Of a stretch of DNA of 64,000 bases, positions 20,591 through 31,321 are shown piece by piece. The stretch covers positions 58,742-122,741 of the forward strand of contig JAABRR010000001.1 in NCBI GenBank assembly GCA_011390785.1, read 5' to 3'. The DNA is from Sphingobacteriia bacterium. Its GTDB lineage: Bacteria; Bacteroidota; Bacteroidia; Bacteroidales; UBA7960. A program made the position numbers and the translations under genes. The number at the start of each line of letters is the position of its first letter. Position 1 is the first letter of the stretch. The notes beneath the pieces are model-generated. The model did not search any database and was not told where the DNA came from. It saw only the letters and a program-made list of their open reading frames with translations.

Positions 20591-22069
20591 ATGCTATTTA
20601 AACTTATAGATCATACCTGGAAAATGTTCAGACGGTCGGAGTATTTCGGCCGGAGCATGTTTGCTATAGTGCTGATAATCTTTATAACATTTTTCATTAT
20701 CTCACAGCTTGTTTTGGTGGGGCGAATGCTTCCCGGATTATTGCAGGAAAACTTCCCACAAAAATCACCCGCCGAATGGGTTTATGGATTTCTGCTAATC
20801 ATCATGCTTGCCGATCTTGGATTTAGAATTGGCTTTCAGAAACTACCTTCTAAACAAATTGCACCCTATTTGCACTTACCTGTTAAACACTCTCTTCTAA
20901 GTATTTATCAGATTATTCGGTCATGGATTCACCCTTTTAACATTTACCTGTTATTTTTTTTCTGGCCTTTTATTAAGTTAACCATTAATCCGGCCCATAG
21001 CAGCCAGGTAGCCGGACTTGTAGGTATAGCCATGCTTATGGCAATTAACCAGGGATTGGTTATGGCATTAAAAAATCTTCGATTCAACAAGAAAAGTATT
21101 CCTTTTTATGCAACAGCGGTTATTTTATGCGCTGTTTTGCTAATTTTCTTCTTCCCTATAAACTGGGCTGCCTTAGGACTATCGCTTTTTCTGGCAATGG
21201 TAAATATCAAACCCACAGCATTTATTAGCCTAACACTCCTGATCATTCTGAGCCACGTGTGGGCCTACTTTCAAATTAAGTACAAGCTTCATTACACGCT
21301 TGATCAGGATGGTAATTCATTAGCCGATAACGGTTTATCAGGCTGGGAAAGAATACTTGCATCAATCCCTGTTTTTGGTCCATACTGGGTGTTGGAATGG
21401 CAATTGGTTACCCGAAACAAAAGAAGCAAAATCAACTTTTGGATAATGATTCCAATTGCACTGGCTTTAGCATTTTTTGTTGGTATCAGACCACCAACCG
21501 AGCCCGAAACCTTTATTGTTATTATTTTCATGATTGCAGGAGGATACGGCAACCTGCATTTTCAATATGCCCTGTCGTGGGAAAGTCATTTCTTCGATTT
21601 TTTAGCGACAAGAAATATTGATATGAAAAAATTTATTCAGGCCAAATTCAATTTCTATCTGGCCTACTCGTTTCTACAGCTTTTAATAGTATTACCCATT
21701 TTATTTTGGTTTAATGTTGATTTGGCCATACTCTTTACCGGATTGTTTTTTTACTCCACTGGTTTTGGATATTTCTTTTATTTAAGAATAGGCATATTAA
21801 ATCCTTCGCGTATTGATGCCAACGGCAGCGCCTCTTTTAACATGGAAGGAATAACCGGTGCAAGGTTTTTACAGATCTTTGTTATGCTAATGTCTATTTT
21901 CCCCTTTATGATTATTGGTTTAATAGTGCCATACCCACATTTAACTTCTATCCTTTTTGCCATTACGGGCGTTTTATTCATTATTACGCAAAACCTTTGG
22001 ACACGCTATCTGGCAGCAAAACTTGAGTCGAGAAAATACACCAATCTGAACCTTTACAGAGAAAAATAA
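20591..22069 (+). CDS. Multi-pass ABC permease-like protein (DUF5687-like)
   Basis: About 12 TM segments, PYLHLPV, EWQLVTRNKR, SWES.FFD; precedes an ABC ATPase. Confidence 0.75.
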   Translation: MLFKLIDHTWKMFRRSEYFGRSMFAIVLIIFITFFIISQLVLVGRMLPGLLQENFPQKSPAEWVYGFLLIIMLADLGFRIGFQKLPSKQIAPYLHLPVKHSLLSIYQIIRSWIHPFNIYLLFFFWPFIKLTINPAHSSQVAGLVGIAMLMAINQGLVMALKNLRFNKKSIPFYATAVILCAVLLIFFFPINWAALGLSLFLAMVNIKPTAFISLTLLIILSHVWAYFQIKYKLHYTLDQDGNSLADNGLSGWERILASIPVFGPYWVLEWQLVTRNKRSKINFWIMIPIALALAFFVGIRPPTEPETFIVIIFMIAGGYGNLHFQYALSWESHFFDFLATRNIDMKKFIQAKFNFYLAYSFLQLLIVLPILFWFNVDLAILFTGLFFYSTGFGYFFYLRIGILNPSRIDANGSASFNMEGITGARFLQIFVMLMSIFPFMIIGLIVPYPHLTSILFAITGVLFIITQNLWTRYLAAKLESRKYTNLNLYREK

Positions 22070-22076
22070 AAATTCT

Positions 22077-22787
22077 ATGCAACTAAGTATTCACCAATTA
22101 ATAAAAAAATACAACAGTTCCATTGTTCTGGATATACCTTTTCTGGAAGTAAAATCTGGAGAACTGATTGGTATTGTGGGAAATAATGGGGCCGGAAAAA
22201 CAACTTTATTAAGGCTTATTACCGATCTTATTGAACCCGGAAGTGGGGAAATAAAAATTAACAACCAACCCATAACTCAATCAAAAGAGTGGAAAAAACA
22301 AACCGGGAGTTTTCTCGACGAAGGATTTTTGATTGGGTTTTTAACCCCGGAAGAATTTTTCAACTTTAACGGATTTACCTATGGCATAAGCCCGGATGCT
22401 ATAGAGCAAAGGCTTCCGGAATATACTAATTTTATGAATGGGGAAGTAATCAAGACACAAAAGTACCTTCGGCAACTATCAACCGGCAACAAGCAAAAAG
22501 CAGGTATTATTGCCGCAATGATTGTTAATCCATCTTTGCTTTTACTTGATGAGCCGTTTAATTTCCTTGACCCAACATCACAAATCATCATCAAAAATCT
22601 TTTAAAAAAGAAGAACAAAGAAACGGGTGCTACCATGCTCATTTCCAGCCATAACATTAACCATATAGCCGATATTTGTTCTCGCATTATTTTGCTTGAA
22701 AAGGGAAGGATAATAAAAGATGTGCCCACCACTGACAAACAAAAAGTAGAAGAAATTCAGAATTATTTCACAACACATGCTGAATAA
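22077..22787 (+). CDS. ABC transporter ATP-binding protein
   Basis: GNNGAGKTT, LSTGNKQK, LDEPF, SSH. Confidence 0.95.
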   Translation: MQLSIHQLIKKYNSSIVLDIPFLEVKSGELIGIVGNNGAGKTTLLRLITDLIEPGSGEIKINNQPITQSKEWKKQTGSFLDEGFLIGFLTPEEFFNFNGFTYGISPDAIEQRLPEYTNFMNGEVIKTQKYLRQLSTGNKQKAGIIAAMIVNPSLLLLDEPFNFLDPTSQIIIKNLLKKKNKETGATMLISSHNINHIADICSRIILLEKGRIIKDVPTTDKQKVEEIQNYFTTHAE

Positions 22788-22936
22788 AACATGCTTTATA
22801 CAAATTATTCAGAGCATGTGTCAAAAATTATATTGGTAAACGTATCTTTGCTTTTTATTACCTGTGCAAAATAAACCGGCAATTTATCCGTAATATTTTC
22901 AACAGAAATCAATACTCTAAGAATTTAATTTCAACA

Positions 22937-25012
22937 ATGCCAAAATATAAAACCCTATTTCTACTGCCTTTTTTTTTCTTACCACTACTGCTGGCAGGCC
23001 AGGAAGTAACTTTTCCTATAAACATACATAACGAGCAAAACATAGAAACCTGTTCCGGCTTTTTTACCGATAGTGGTGGAGATACATTGACCCCATACAG
23101 TAATAATGAAAATTATTCGGTTACATTTACGGCTCCTCAGGATGAAACAGAGCCGGTTTACATAAGTCTCGATTTTGTTTTTCTTGATTTGGGCGAAGAC
23201 GATTCAATAAGAGTATATGATGGGATAGATGCCGACGCTCCACTTGTTTATACTTTAACAGCAAACAATCAGAGTGCTAATAATAAAGTTTGGTCCACTG
23301 GCGCATCATTGCATGTTCAGTTTATTTCATCAGAAGCAGATACAGCACTTGGTTGGGCGGCACGTATTGCCTGCTTTGAATTGTGCGAAGCTTTTTATGC
23401 CGATATAAATACTGGTACCGGTTCGTTTGATTTTTGCCCGGATGTGCCATCAGTAAGTTTTACTGCAGATGCCGCATATTATGGCGGAACCCCGGATGGA
23501 ACACTTGAAAATGTTACCTATCAATGGAATTTTAATAACGAAATACTGACAGGGCCTGTAGTTAACCAGGATTATGACGGACCAGGTGCATATCCCTTTA
23601 GAATAACAGTAGCCGATCTTACTAATAATTGCACCCTGGACAGTATAATTACCGTTAGATTTGCTACAACCCCCAACTTTAACAATACGATCTCCACTTC
23701 TGATACCGTTTGCGCCGGAGAGCCCTTTAGTCTTGTAGGGAATATACAAAGCACTACCTGGACAGGTTTTCCAACAAGGGTAGATACAGTAAGTTATATC
23801 ACATATGAAGAAGACTTTTCATCTACCCTAAATTTTGATGTTTTTCCGGATGACTTTTTTATAAGCCAGGAAGATGACTTTGACAGAGTATGCATTAATA
23901 TAGAACATGAAGATAACGGTCACTTGTCTTTTGAGTTAGAGTGTCCTTCGGGGAATACTGTTTTGCTGAAAGATTTCAGTCCAGGGGGTGCCAATCTGGG
24001 CGAACCCGTTATTTTTGGCTCGGAGGATATTCCGGGGCTTGGATATGAATATTGTTTTTCAGTAAACCCACAATACGGACAAATGTCTCAGACATCATTC
24101 CAGTTTCATAGCTTTACCGATCAGGCTGGCGATTTTTACAACAATCAACCCTATATGCCCGAAGGTACCTATATGCCCAACGAATCTTTCAACAACCTTA
24201 CCGGCTGTCCGTTAAATGGAGATTGGATTATTAAAGCAACTGATCAGATTATCGGAACTTCGGGCCATGTGCTAGGATGGAGCTTATACTTTAAAGATGA
24301 TTTTTATCCAGATTCGTTGATTTTTACCCCCGAAATTCTGGAAGAGAAATGGGTAGATGAAAATGGTAACGAAATCGGAAGCAACCCCGCCAACGCAAAT
24401 TTAAATACAGAAGGGGAATATAAATTTACTTTCAGCGCTTTAGATGACTTTGGTTGCACCTGGGATACAACACTTACCATTACAGTACTTCCACTTCCCA
24501 AAGGAGAAATAACATCTGAGTTTGAAATTCCTGTTTGTGAAGGAGACTCAACCTTATTAATGGTTGTACCAGAACTTATTGGAGATGAGACACATTGGCT
24601 TTACCAATGGATGCTTGAAGGTGCTGAATTAGAAAACAGAGTATCCGATACACTTATGGCCAAAGAAATGGCTACTTATATGGTTAGGGTTACCGATACC
24701 ATTACTGGTTGTTTCGATTTCTTTGAGCTGGCCGTTTCTGATCAGAACTGCGACCTGGACATTCCCAATGTTTTTACACCCAATGGCGATGGAATGAACG
24801 AACAATTTGAAATTACCAACCTGGAATACTACCCACAAAGTTCTATTGTCATTTATAACCGGTCGGGTAAAAAAGTTTTCGAACATAACGACTATTATCT
24901 CAATTGGTGGGATGGTGGAAATCAGCCAGATGGCACATACTACTATGTCATTACCTATAAACGTATGGATAAGCGTAAGCAGGCACATGGCATTATTACA
25001 ATAATCCGCTAA
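22937..25012 (+). CDS. T9SS type B CTD surface protein with CUB-like, PKD and P-domain-like modules
   Basis: Signal peptide; CSGFFTDSGG..YSNNE (CUB-like); PKD-like YQWNF/PGAYPF; C-terminal IPNVFTPNGDGMNE...DGTYYY. Confidence 0.88.
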   Translation: MPKYKTLFLLPFFFLPLLLAGQEVTFPINIHNEQNIETCSGFFTDSGGDTLTPYSNNENYSVTFTAPQDETEPVYISLDFVFLDLGEDDSIRVYDGIDADAPLVYTLTANNQSANNKVWSTGASLHVQFISSEADTALGWAARIACFELCEAFYADINTGTGSFDFCPDVPSVSFTADAAYYGGTPDGTLENVTYQWNFNNEILTGPVVNQDYDGPGAYPFRITVADLTNNCTLDSIITVRFATTPNFNNTISTSDTVCAGEPFSLVGNIQSTTWTGFPTRVDTVSYITYEEDFSSTLNFDVFPDDFFISQEDDFDRVCINIEHEDNGHLSFELECPSGNTVLLKDFSPGGANLGEPVIFGSEDIPGLGYEYCFSVNPQYGQMSQTSFQFHSFTDQAGDFYNNQPYMPEGTYMPNESFNNLTGCPLNGDWIIKATDQIIGTSGHVLGWSLYFKDDFYPDSLIFTPEILEEKWVDENGNEIGSNPANANLNTEGEYKFTFSALDDFGCTWDTTLTITVLPLPKGEITSEFEIPVCEGDSTLLMVVPELIGDETHWLYQWMLEGAELENRVSDTLMAKEMATYMVRVTDTITGCFDFFELAVSDQNCDLDIPNVFTPNGDGMNEQFEITNLEYYPQSSIVIYNRSGKKVFEHNDYYLNWWDGGNQPDGTYYYVITYKRMDKRKQAHGIITIIR

Positions 25013-25063
25013 CAAAAGGCTCGTTTGCTCTGCATAGAGCAGTATAACCAATTAATCAAAAAA

Positions 25064-25096
25064 ATAAGTCCTGTTGCTTTGTCGATAGGACTTTAT
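25064..25096 (+). terminator. Probable terminator hairpin
   Basis: ATAAGTCCTGT...ATAGGACTTTAT inverted repeat after the T9SS gene. Confidence 0.5.
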
Positions 25097-25152
25097 GGTT
25101 TATTTTTGGTGCCTTGTAATTCTAAATAATTGAAATTCAATAAAACCTAACT

Positions 25153-26841
25153 ATGAGCGAAAAGAACAATACAGTTAAAAAAGGTACTCTGCAAAAAATT
25201 CTGGACAAAATTGAAGTTGTTGGAAACAAACTCCCACAACCGGTAACCCTATTTGCAATTTTAATGGGTGTAGTTCTATTATTATCCTGGATTTTTGGTG
25301 GATTGAGTGTTATAAAGCCCGGAACAGGTGGAGCAACAGGCATTGCAGAAGATTATATTGTAGTGGAAAACCTGCTCACAAAAGAAGGGATACAACGTAT
25401 TTTCACAAGTATGGTAAGTGTTTTTGCCAGTTTCCCTCCCTTAGGACTGGTGCTGGTGGTTATGCTGGGTATTGGGGTAGCAGAACATACCGGATTGATT
25501 GTTGTTGCCCTAAAAGTTTTTGTTTCCAAAGTTCCTAAATTTCTCATTACCTTCTCTATAGTTGTAGCAGGTATGGTAAGCTCTGTTGCTGCCGATGCAG
25601 GTTATGTAGTGCTCATACCGATGGGTGCTGCCTTGTTTATGGGAATGGGCCGACATCCGCTGGCAGGTATTGCCGCGGCCTTTGCCGGAGTATCAGGTGG
25701 ATTTGGGGCAAACTTTCTTCCCACCGGCCTGGATCCTATGATTGCTGCATTTACTGAATCCGCATCACAGATTCTGGATCCGGCATATACGGTTAATCCG
25801 CTTTCCAGCTATTATATCATGGCGGCATCTGTTCCTCTGGTAGGTATTGCCGGCACCTGGGTAACAGAAAAAATTCTGGTACCCCGCCTTGGCCCATATA
25901 ATCCAGACGGCGGTATCGTTCTCGAAGAAACCAATAATAACGTTACACGACAGGAAAAAAGGGCTCTTTTATGGTCAATGATATCTGTTTTGATTGTTCT
26001 GGCTCTTGTTGCCATTGCTATAATTCCTTCCAACGGTTTATTACGTGGCGATATTGATCCGGAAACAGGAGTAGCCAGTATGCAACCCTTTTACAACTCT
26101 TTGGTGCCCATTATGTTTGTCATATTTTTCGTGGCAGGGCTCGTTTACGGTGTTAAAGCCAAAACAATAAAGAATGATAAAGACGTTGCTGACATGACGG
26201 CGAAGTCAATGTCAACAATGGGCATGTATATTGTAATTGCTTTTGTCGCGGCACAGTTTGTCGCTTATTTTAACTGGTCTAACCTGGGTAGTTTACTTGC
26301 AGTTAAAGGTTCTGACGGGTTGAATGCCATCGGATTTACAGGCATCCCCCTGCTGATAGGCTTTATCATTATTGCTTCTCTGGTAAATCTTGTAATGGGA
26401 AGTGCATCAGCTAAATGGGCCTTGCTGGCACCTATTTTTGTACCCATGCTAATGCTTATGGGGTACTCGCCCGAAGTAACGCAAGCTGCCTATCGTATTG
26501 GCGACTCCTACTCAAATATCCTAACACCACTCCTACCCTATTTCCCACTGGTAATTGTTTTTGCTCAGAAATATGATAAAACTGCCGGTATTGGAACCCT
26601 TATATCGATGATGCTGCCATACTCAATAGCTTTTATGATTGCCCGTATCCCGGTTTTTGTTCTTTGGGTGTGGTTAGGAATTCCTCTGGGTGTTGAAGGT
26701 CCGATATATTATGAACCTTCTGATAGTAATGCACAAATAATTGAAACAAATGTAATAAATAATACTCAACCCATTAGCAATAATACCCTATTGATTGAAA
26801 GCTTCAATATTGAATCTGATCCTGAATTGTTGGCTGATTAG
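25153..26841 (+). CDS. abgT: AbgT-family transporter
   Basis: IEVVGNKLPQP, GRHPLAGIAAAFAGVSGGFGAN, SASAKW, YRIGDS. Confidence 0.93.
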   Translation: MSEKNNTVKKGTLQKILDKIEVVGNKLPQPVTLFAILMGVVLLLSWIFGGLSVIKPGTGGATGIAEDYIVVENLLTKEGIQRIFTSMVSVFASFPPLGLVLVVMLGIGVAEHTGLIVVALKVFVSKVPKFLITFSIVVAGMVSSVAADAGYVVLIPMGAALFMGMGRHPLAGIAAAFAGVSGGFGANFLPTGLDPMIAAFTESASQILDPAYTVNPLSSYYIMAASVPLVGIAGTWVTEKILVPRLGPYNPDGGIVLEETNNNVTRQEKRALLWSMISVLIVLALVAIAIIPSNGLLRGDIDPETGVASMQPFYNSLVPIMFVIFFVAGLVYGVKAKTIKNDKDVADMTAKSMSTMGMYIVIAFVAAQFVAYFNWSNLGSLLAVKGSDGLNAIGFTGIPLLIGFIIIASLVNLVMGSASAKWALLAPIFVPMLMLMGYSPEVTQAAYRIGDSYSNILTPLLPYFPLVIVFAQKYDKTAGIGTLISMMLPYSIAFMIARIPVFVLWVWLGIPLGVEGPIYYEPSDSNAQIIETNVINNTQPISNNTLLIESFNIESDPELLAD

Positions 26842-26912
26842 GTTTTATATCCCCGAACATTAAAAGTGTTCAGGTGTTAAAACTTTTTCTAACAAATGCA
26901 TATTATAACTTT

Positions 26913-29129
26913 ATGGATACAGCATCGGTAAAAAAGATATACAAAAATATTTCTGAAAATCTTCATAACAGAAGAGTCTTCGACGCTATTGAAAATTTAA
27001 GGAAATTAATTTCTTTTTCCGGTCGTGATTATTATTATTCGCAACTGGAACAGCATGCCGTAACATATGAGAATATTTTAAAGCATTCTTTTGGAGATAT
27101 TAAAGATCCTCAGCGAACAACAGTATATCTATATTTAAAGAAAAACCTTCTCGAAATGGCAGATGAATTACTGGAAAAGATTTTTACCGATAATTCATCC
27201 GGCCATATTTATTATCTGAAAAAGCAACAGGAGAAAACAGGCAGAGGTGATAAAGAAGAAACTCTTTCCTACATTGAAAGTCTAACCCTCGACAAAGAAT
27301 TATCTGCCATGCTTGAAGGTATTGGAGTTAAAGAAGATTCTCTTAATCCTTTATCAGAAGATACCCTGGTTAAAATATTCAATACCATCTGGTTGTCTGA
27401 CAAGTACACCGAATCAGAAATTGAACTTCTCAACGCTGTTTGCGATTCAGAAAATCTTGCCTGGCACGATAAAAGCTTGGTAGTTAGCGCTTTGACCCTT
27501 AGCTTGCTTAGATTTTTCGATATTAATAAATTTCTTCTGTTATTCAGATTTATACAAACGAGACATCAATATGCCTGGCAAAGAGCTCTTATAGGTTTAT
27601 TTATTTGCTTCCTGAAATATAATGATCGGTTTTATCTTTACCCTGTATTGGAAGAAAAAACCAAAGAACTTGCCCGGGATGAAGATATTCAGAAAAACCT
27701 GGAGGCCATATTAATTCAGTTTACCAAAACCAGGGAGACCGAAAGTGTAAGCAAAAAGTGGAAAGAAGAAATTTTGCCTGCAATGCTTAAACTCAGACCC
27801 AAAATCGAAGAAAAACTCGACCTTGAAAACATCTTTAAAGATGAATTTGGAGAAGAAAAAAATCCGGATTGGGAAACTATGTTTGAAGATGCTCCTGACT
27901 TGCTAGACAAATTGCAGCAGTTTACCGAAATGCAGATGGAAGGGATGGATGTGTTTATGAGTGCCTTCTCGCAACTGAAAAATTTTCCGTTTTTCTACAA
28001 AATAAGCAATTGGTTTATTCCCTTTTATGCAGCTAACCCAACAATTAAACCATTTCTTAAGAGTTCGGATGAAAGTGTTGATATGAGTCCGCTGGTAGAA
28101 AAACTTGAAAAAACCTACTTCATGTGCAACAGCGACAAATACTCGTTCTGCATCAACCTGGGCCTTATTCCCGAGCAGCAAAAAACTATGATGCTCAATA
28201 TGGCCAATGCCGAAATGGATAGTGTTTCTGAAATTGAAAAATCTGAAGAACTAATCAACGAATTCGCCACAACCAAAAGCATATACACACAATATTTTCA
28301 GGATCTTTACAGATTTTTCCGCCTGCACCCATGGAAAAAAGAATTCGAAGATGTGTTTTTGTGGGAACCTGATATTTTTCAAAATGAGTTTATCCGAAAC
28401 ATTATTACAGAGAGTAAGACCATTCGCAACATTGCCGAGTTTTATTTCGACAAACAATTTTATCCTTATTCATTGAATATATTCCTTTCATTACTGAAAC
28501 AGAATAATCAGAATATTGAATTATTTGAAAAAATTGCTTTCTGTTATGAAAAAACCGGCGATTTCGATAACGCACTGATCTATTATAAAAAAGCAGAGAT
28601 AATAGATACACAAAGACTCTGGATCATCAAAAAGATTGCCTTTTGCTCGAAGTTTCTCAACAAGTGGGAAGATGCTCTGTCATATTACAAACTTGCAGAA
28701 AAATTAAACCCCGATGACATGAAAACTCAGGCCAATATTGGCCAATGTCTTATTCATCTGGGAGAATATGAAGAAGCCCTTCAATATTATTTCAAAGTTG
28801 AAGTACTCGCTCCCGAAAACCATAAAATCAGAAGGCCACTGGCGTGGTGTTCCTTTGTACTAGGTAAATTAGACACGGCACAAGACTATTTTAACCGACT
28901 ATTGGTTAACAACCCCAATAATCAGTTTGATCTTCTTAACCTTGGGCATGCTTTGTGGGGATTGAAAAAAGAAGATAAAGCGCTTGAAGCTTATAAAAAG
29001 AGTCTGGTCAATTTTAAAAACTTTCCTGATTTTGAAGCAGCCTTCCTGGAAGATAAAAACCATTTAATGGCCAATGGCATTGATGAGTTTGATATCGATA
29101 TTATGATAGAATACCTGAAAAAGGAATAA
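26913..29129 (+). CDS. TPR-repeat protein
   Basis: MCNSDKYSFC motif and C-terminal TPR repeats; ATG 26913 preferred over GTG 26874. Confidence 0.85.
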   Translation: MDTASVKKIYKNISENLHNRRVFDAIENLRKLISFSGRDYYYSQLEQHAVTYENILKHSFGDIKDPQRTTVYLYLKKNLLEMADELLEKIFTDNSSGHIYYLKKQQEKTGRGDKEETLSYIESLTLDKELSAMLEGIGVKEDSLNPLSEDTLVKIFNTIWLSDKYTESEIELLNAVCDSENLAWHDKSLVVSALTLSLLRFFDINKFLLLFRFIQTRHQYAWQRALIGLFICFLKYNDRFYLYPVLEEKTKELARDEDIQKNLEAILIQFTKTRETESVSKKWKEEILPAMLKLRPKIEEKLDLENIFKDEFGEEKNPDWETMFEDAPDLLDKLQQFTEMQMEGMDVFMSAFSQLKNFPFFYKISNWFIPFYAANPTIKPFLKSSDESVDMSPLVEKLEKTYFMCNSDKYSFCINLGLIPEQQKTMMLNMANAEMDSVSEIEKSEELINEFATTKSIYTQYFQDLYRFFRLHPWKKEFEDVFLWEPDIFQNEFIRNIITESKTIRNIAEFYFDKQFYPYSLNIFLSLLKQNNQNIELFEKIAFCYEKTGDFDNALIYYKKAEIIDTQRLWIIKKIAFCSKFLNKWEDALSYYKLAEKLNPDDMKTQANIGQCLIHLGEYEEALQYYFKVEVLAPENHKIRRPLAWCSFVLGKLDTAQDYFNRLLVNNPNNQFDLLNLGHALWGLKKEDKALEAYKKSLVNFKNFPDFEAAFLEDKNHLMANGIDEFDIDIMIEYLKKE

Positions 29130-29207
29130 ATTTCAAAGGTTTATTCTTCTGAATTACAATTACTTGTAAATTTTCTTCAATAATTATCATTTTTTTTTGT
29201 AACGAAA

Positions 29208-29237
29208 CGCAGCGTTTTATATATCGGCTACGTCTAA
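29208..29237 (+). promoter_or_regulatory. ECF-type promoter candidate
   Basis: CGCAGC-N17-CGTCTAA with no convincing ORF directly downstream. Confidence 0.45.
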
Positions 29238-29242
29238 TAGAT

Positions 29243-29364
29243 ATAACGCTCTTTTCCAAAACCGGGGTAACAGCCTTTCTGCCTTAAATATCAGACTTTT
29301 TAATTGAACCAAGACTCCCCCCAACAATCATAGCTTGTCCATTGGAAGGTACTCCGGTTTTTTT
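29243..29364 (+). ncRNA. Candidate structured small RNA (~120 nt; 5' end estimated)
   Basis: AAAACCGGGGTA (29258-29269) pairs with TACTCCGGTTTT (29350-29361); CCTTTC pairs with GGAAGG; ends in T7; ECF-like promoter upstream. Confidence 0.45.
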
Positions 29365-29842
29365 ATGACAATTACAAATCCCAATATATATCTATCGCTC
29401 TTTGTAATATTGGTATCAAAACTTAACAGGAAAAACCTTGCTTTAAATAAAACATCCAAAAAAGAATTTTTTACTTTCTCCGTAGTTTTTCCAATCTATT
29501 ATTCGTTTTGATTTCAGGGTTTATGAAAACAGCCGTACTGCTTTTGCGTTTTATTACCAAAACAAAAAGTTCTCATCAACAATAACCATTTTCAGCTAAC
29601 CTGCACGGCTAAAACCCTGAATCAAACCGGATAATGTGAGAGTTTTTCCTGTACGATTTTTTTATTGGCAGGCTTTGATTTGGTCACCCCTGCACAGCCA
29701 AATTTAGCCTGTCTTTTTTTTCTTCATTATTTTCATGCTGTTTGCCTGATTCTACAGGCATAATATGTAATTCAAAAACAGCAGAGTTTAATAATAGTTT
29801 TAGTTTATTTATTGCAGTTTATATATTTCGAATACCGCAACA

Positions 29843-30625
29843 TTGAGAAAAATACTTTTCATAACATTTCTTGCACTAAATGCAGTTATATTCTCTTCAT
29901 GTAATTCTGATGAAGAGCCGGAAGATTCTTTCCAATATATTAACCTCGAATTTTTTGAACAATTTACTTTAGAAGGTTCAGAGATTATATTCAACCTTCA
30001 AACTATTGAAACATTTCCCTGTAGTAATTTTTCCCTTAAAACTACTGTTACATCATCTGGCAATCATACTGATATCAATATAACTAATATTGATGTTCCT
30101 GATATATGTGTTACTTCATTGGGACCAGCAACGCAACAACTTCACCTTGGAGATTTTAACAATGTTTCATCCCAATTTTCAGTATGGGTTAATGAAAAGC
30201 GACATGATTTTGCATTCGAAACCACCGAAAAAACTATAAAAGTAAAACCCGGCAATCGCTTTGAAGGAAATCTTTTCTTCACCTTTGATTCACTACTCCG
30301 AATTCCGGATAACACCGTTTGGGGATATGTAGTTAGCAGTTCAGAAAGCAGTAAAAATGAAATCTGGAACCAAATTCTGGATGCTTTCTACGAAACAGGT
30401 GCAGAAGAAATGACACTTAACGATGGCAATTATTACTTCTTCTCGGTACAAAACCAGGAAATATATTTCGAAACTGTAAAAGATCAACCCATAACTTTTT
30501 ATTTTCGGTTTGAAAACCCCATTGATGAACTTATAAGTATCTACGAGAGAGTTATTCAAAATTATGAGCAAAGTGGGCTACAGATCAGAATCTTTAATAC
30601 TAAAGGAGAAAGATACGTAATATAA
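29843..30625 (+). CDS. Lipoprotein, unknown function, probably surface exposed
   Basis: TTG start, lipobox FSSC followed by acidic NSDEEPED (export-signal-like). Confidence 0.8.
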   Translation: MRKILFITFLALNAVIFSSCNSDEEPEDSFQYINLEFFEQFTLEGSEIIFNLQTIETFPCSNFSLKTTVTSSGNHTDINITNIDVPDICVTSLGPATQQLHLGDFNNVSSQFSVWVNEKRHDFAFETTEKTIKVKPGNRFEGNLFFTFDSLLRIPDNTVWGYVVSSSESSKNEIWNQILDAFYETGAEEMTLNDGNYYFFSVQNQEIYFETVKDQPITFYFRFENPIDELISIYERVIQNYEQSGLQIRIFNTKGERYVI

Positions 30626-30762
30626 AGTATTTTCAATCATTTAATTAGGATATTTTCCGCGTTCTTTGAAATAATAGGCTACAGGCAAAATAAGGGCATG
30701 TTTTGTGCAGATAAAATCTATGATTTTATTTAATTTTGTTTTAAGCACAAACAAAAACCATC

Positions 30763-31314
30763 TTGGACAAATTACAAGAAATCGTTGATGGCTGCCTGGA
30801 GAATAAACGGCAAAGTCAAAGTGAACTCTACAAATTGTTTGCAGCAAAAATGTATGGGGTATGCCTTAGGTATGCAGGTAACAATTTTGATGCTCAGGAT
30901 ATTCTTCAGGATGGCTTTGTGAAAGTTTTTGAAAATCTGTCTAATTTTAAGTGGAATGGTTCTTTGGAAGGCTGGATGAAAAGAATATTTATCAACCAGG
31001 CTCTCGACAGGTTCCGGTCTAAAATCACTCACTTATCTGTTGACGAGATGGAAGAAAACCTGGAATTAACAGACAAAGAAGCATCAGCACTTGATTCTTT
31101 ATCAGAAAAAGAAATTCTAAATTTAATCCAGGAGCTGCCAGATCAGTATCGACTGGTTTTTAACCTTTATGTTATGGAAGGAATACAACACCAGGATATT
31201 GCCAAAGAATTAAATATAGGTGTATCTACCTCCCGGTCTAACCTTGCCCGAGCCAAAAATATTTTAAAAGAAAAAATTGAAATCCAAACCAATTGGATTG
31301 AAAAAGCGATTTAG
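30763..31314 (+). CDS. ECF RNA polymerase sigma factor
   Basis: MYGVCLRY, DILQDGFVKVF, GSLEGWMKRI, VFNLYVMEG..HQDIA, TSRSNLARAK. Confidence 0.95.
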   Translation: MDKLQEIVDGCLENKRQSQSELYKLFAAKMYGVCLRYAGNNFDAQDILQDGFVKVFENLSNFKWNGSLEGWMKRIFINQALDRFRSKITHLSVDEMEENLELTDKEASALDSLSEKEILNLIQELPDQYRLVFNLYVMEGIQHQDIAKELNIGVSTSRSNLARAKNILKEKIEIQTNWIEKAI

Positions 31315-31321
31315 AGAAGAA

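Noticed and set aside
29365-29842. Small ORFs in the long intergenic gap
   Set aside because: The frames I translated were short and low-complexity, with no signal peptide or motif.
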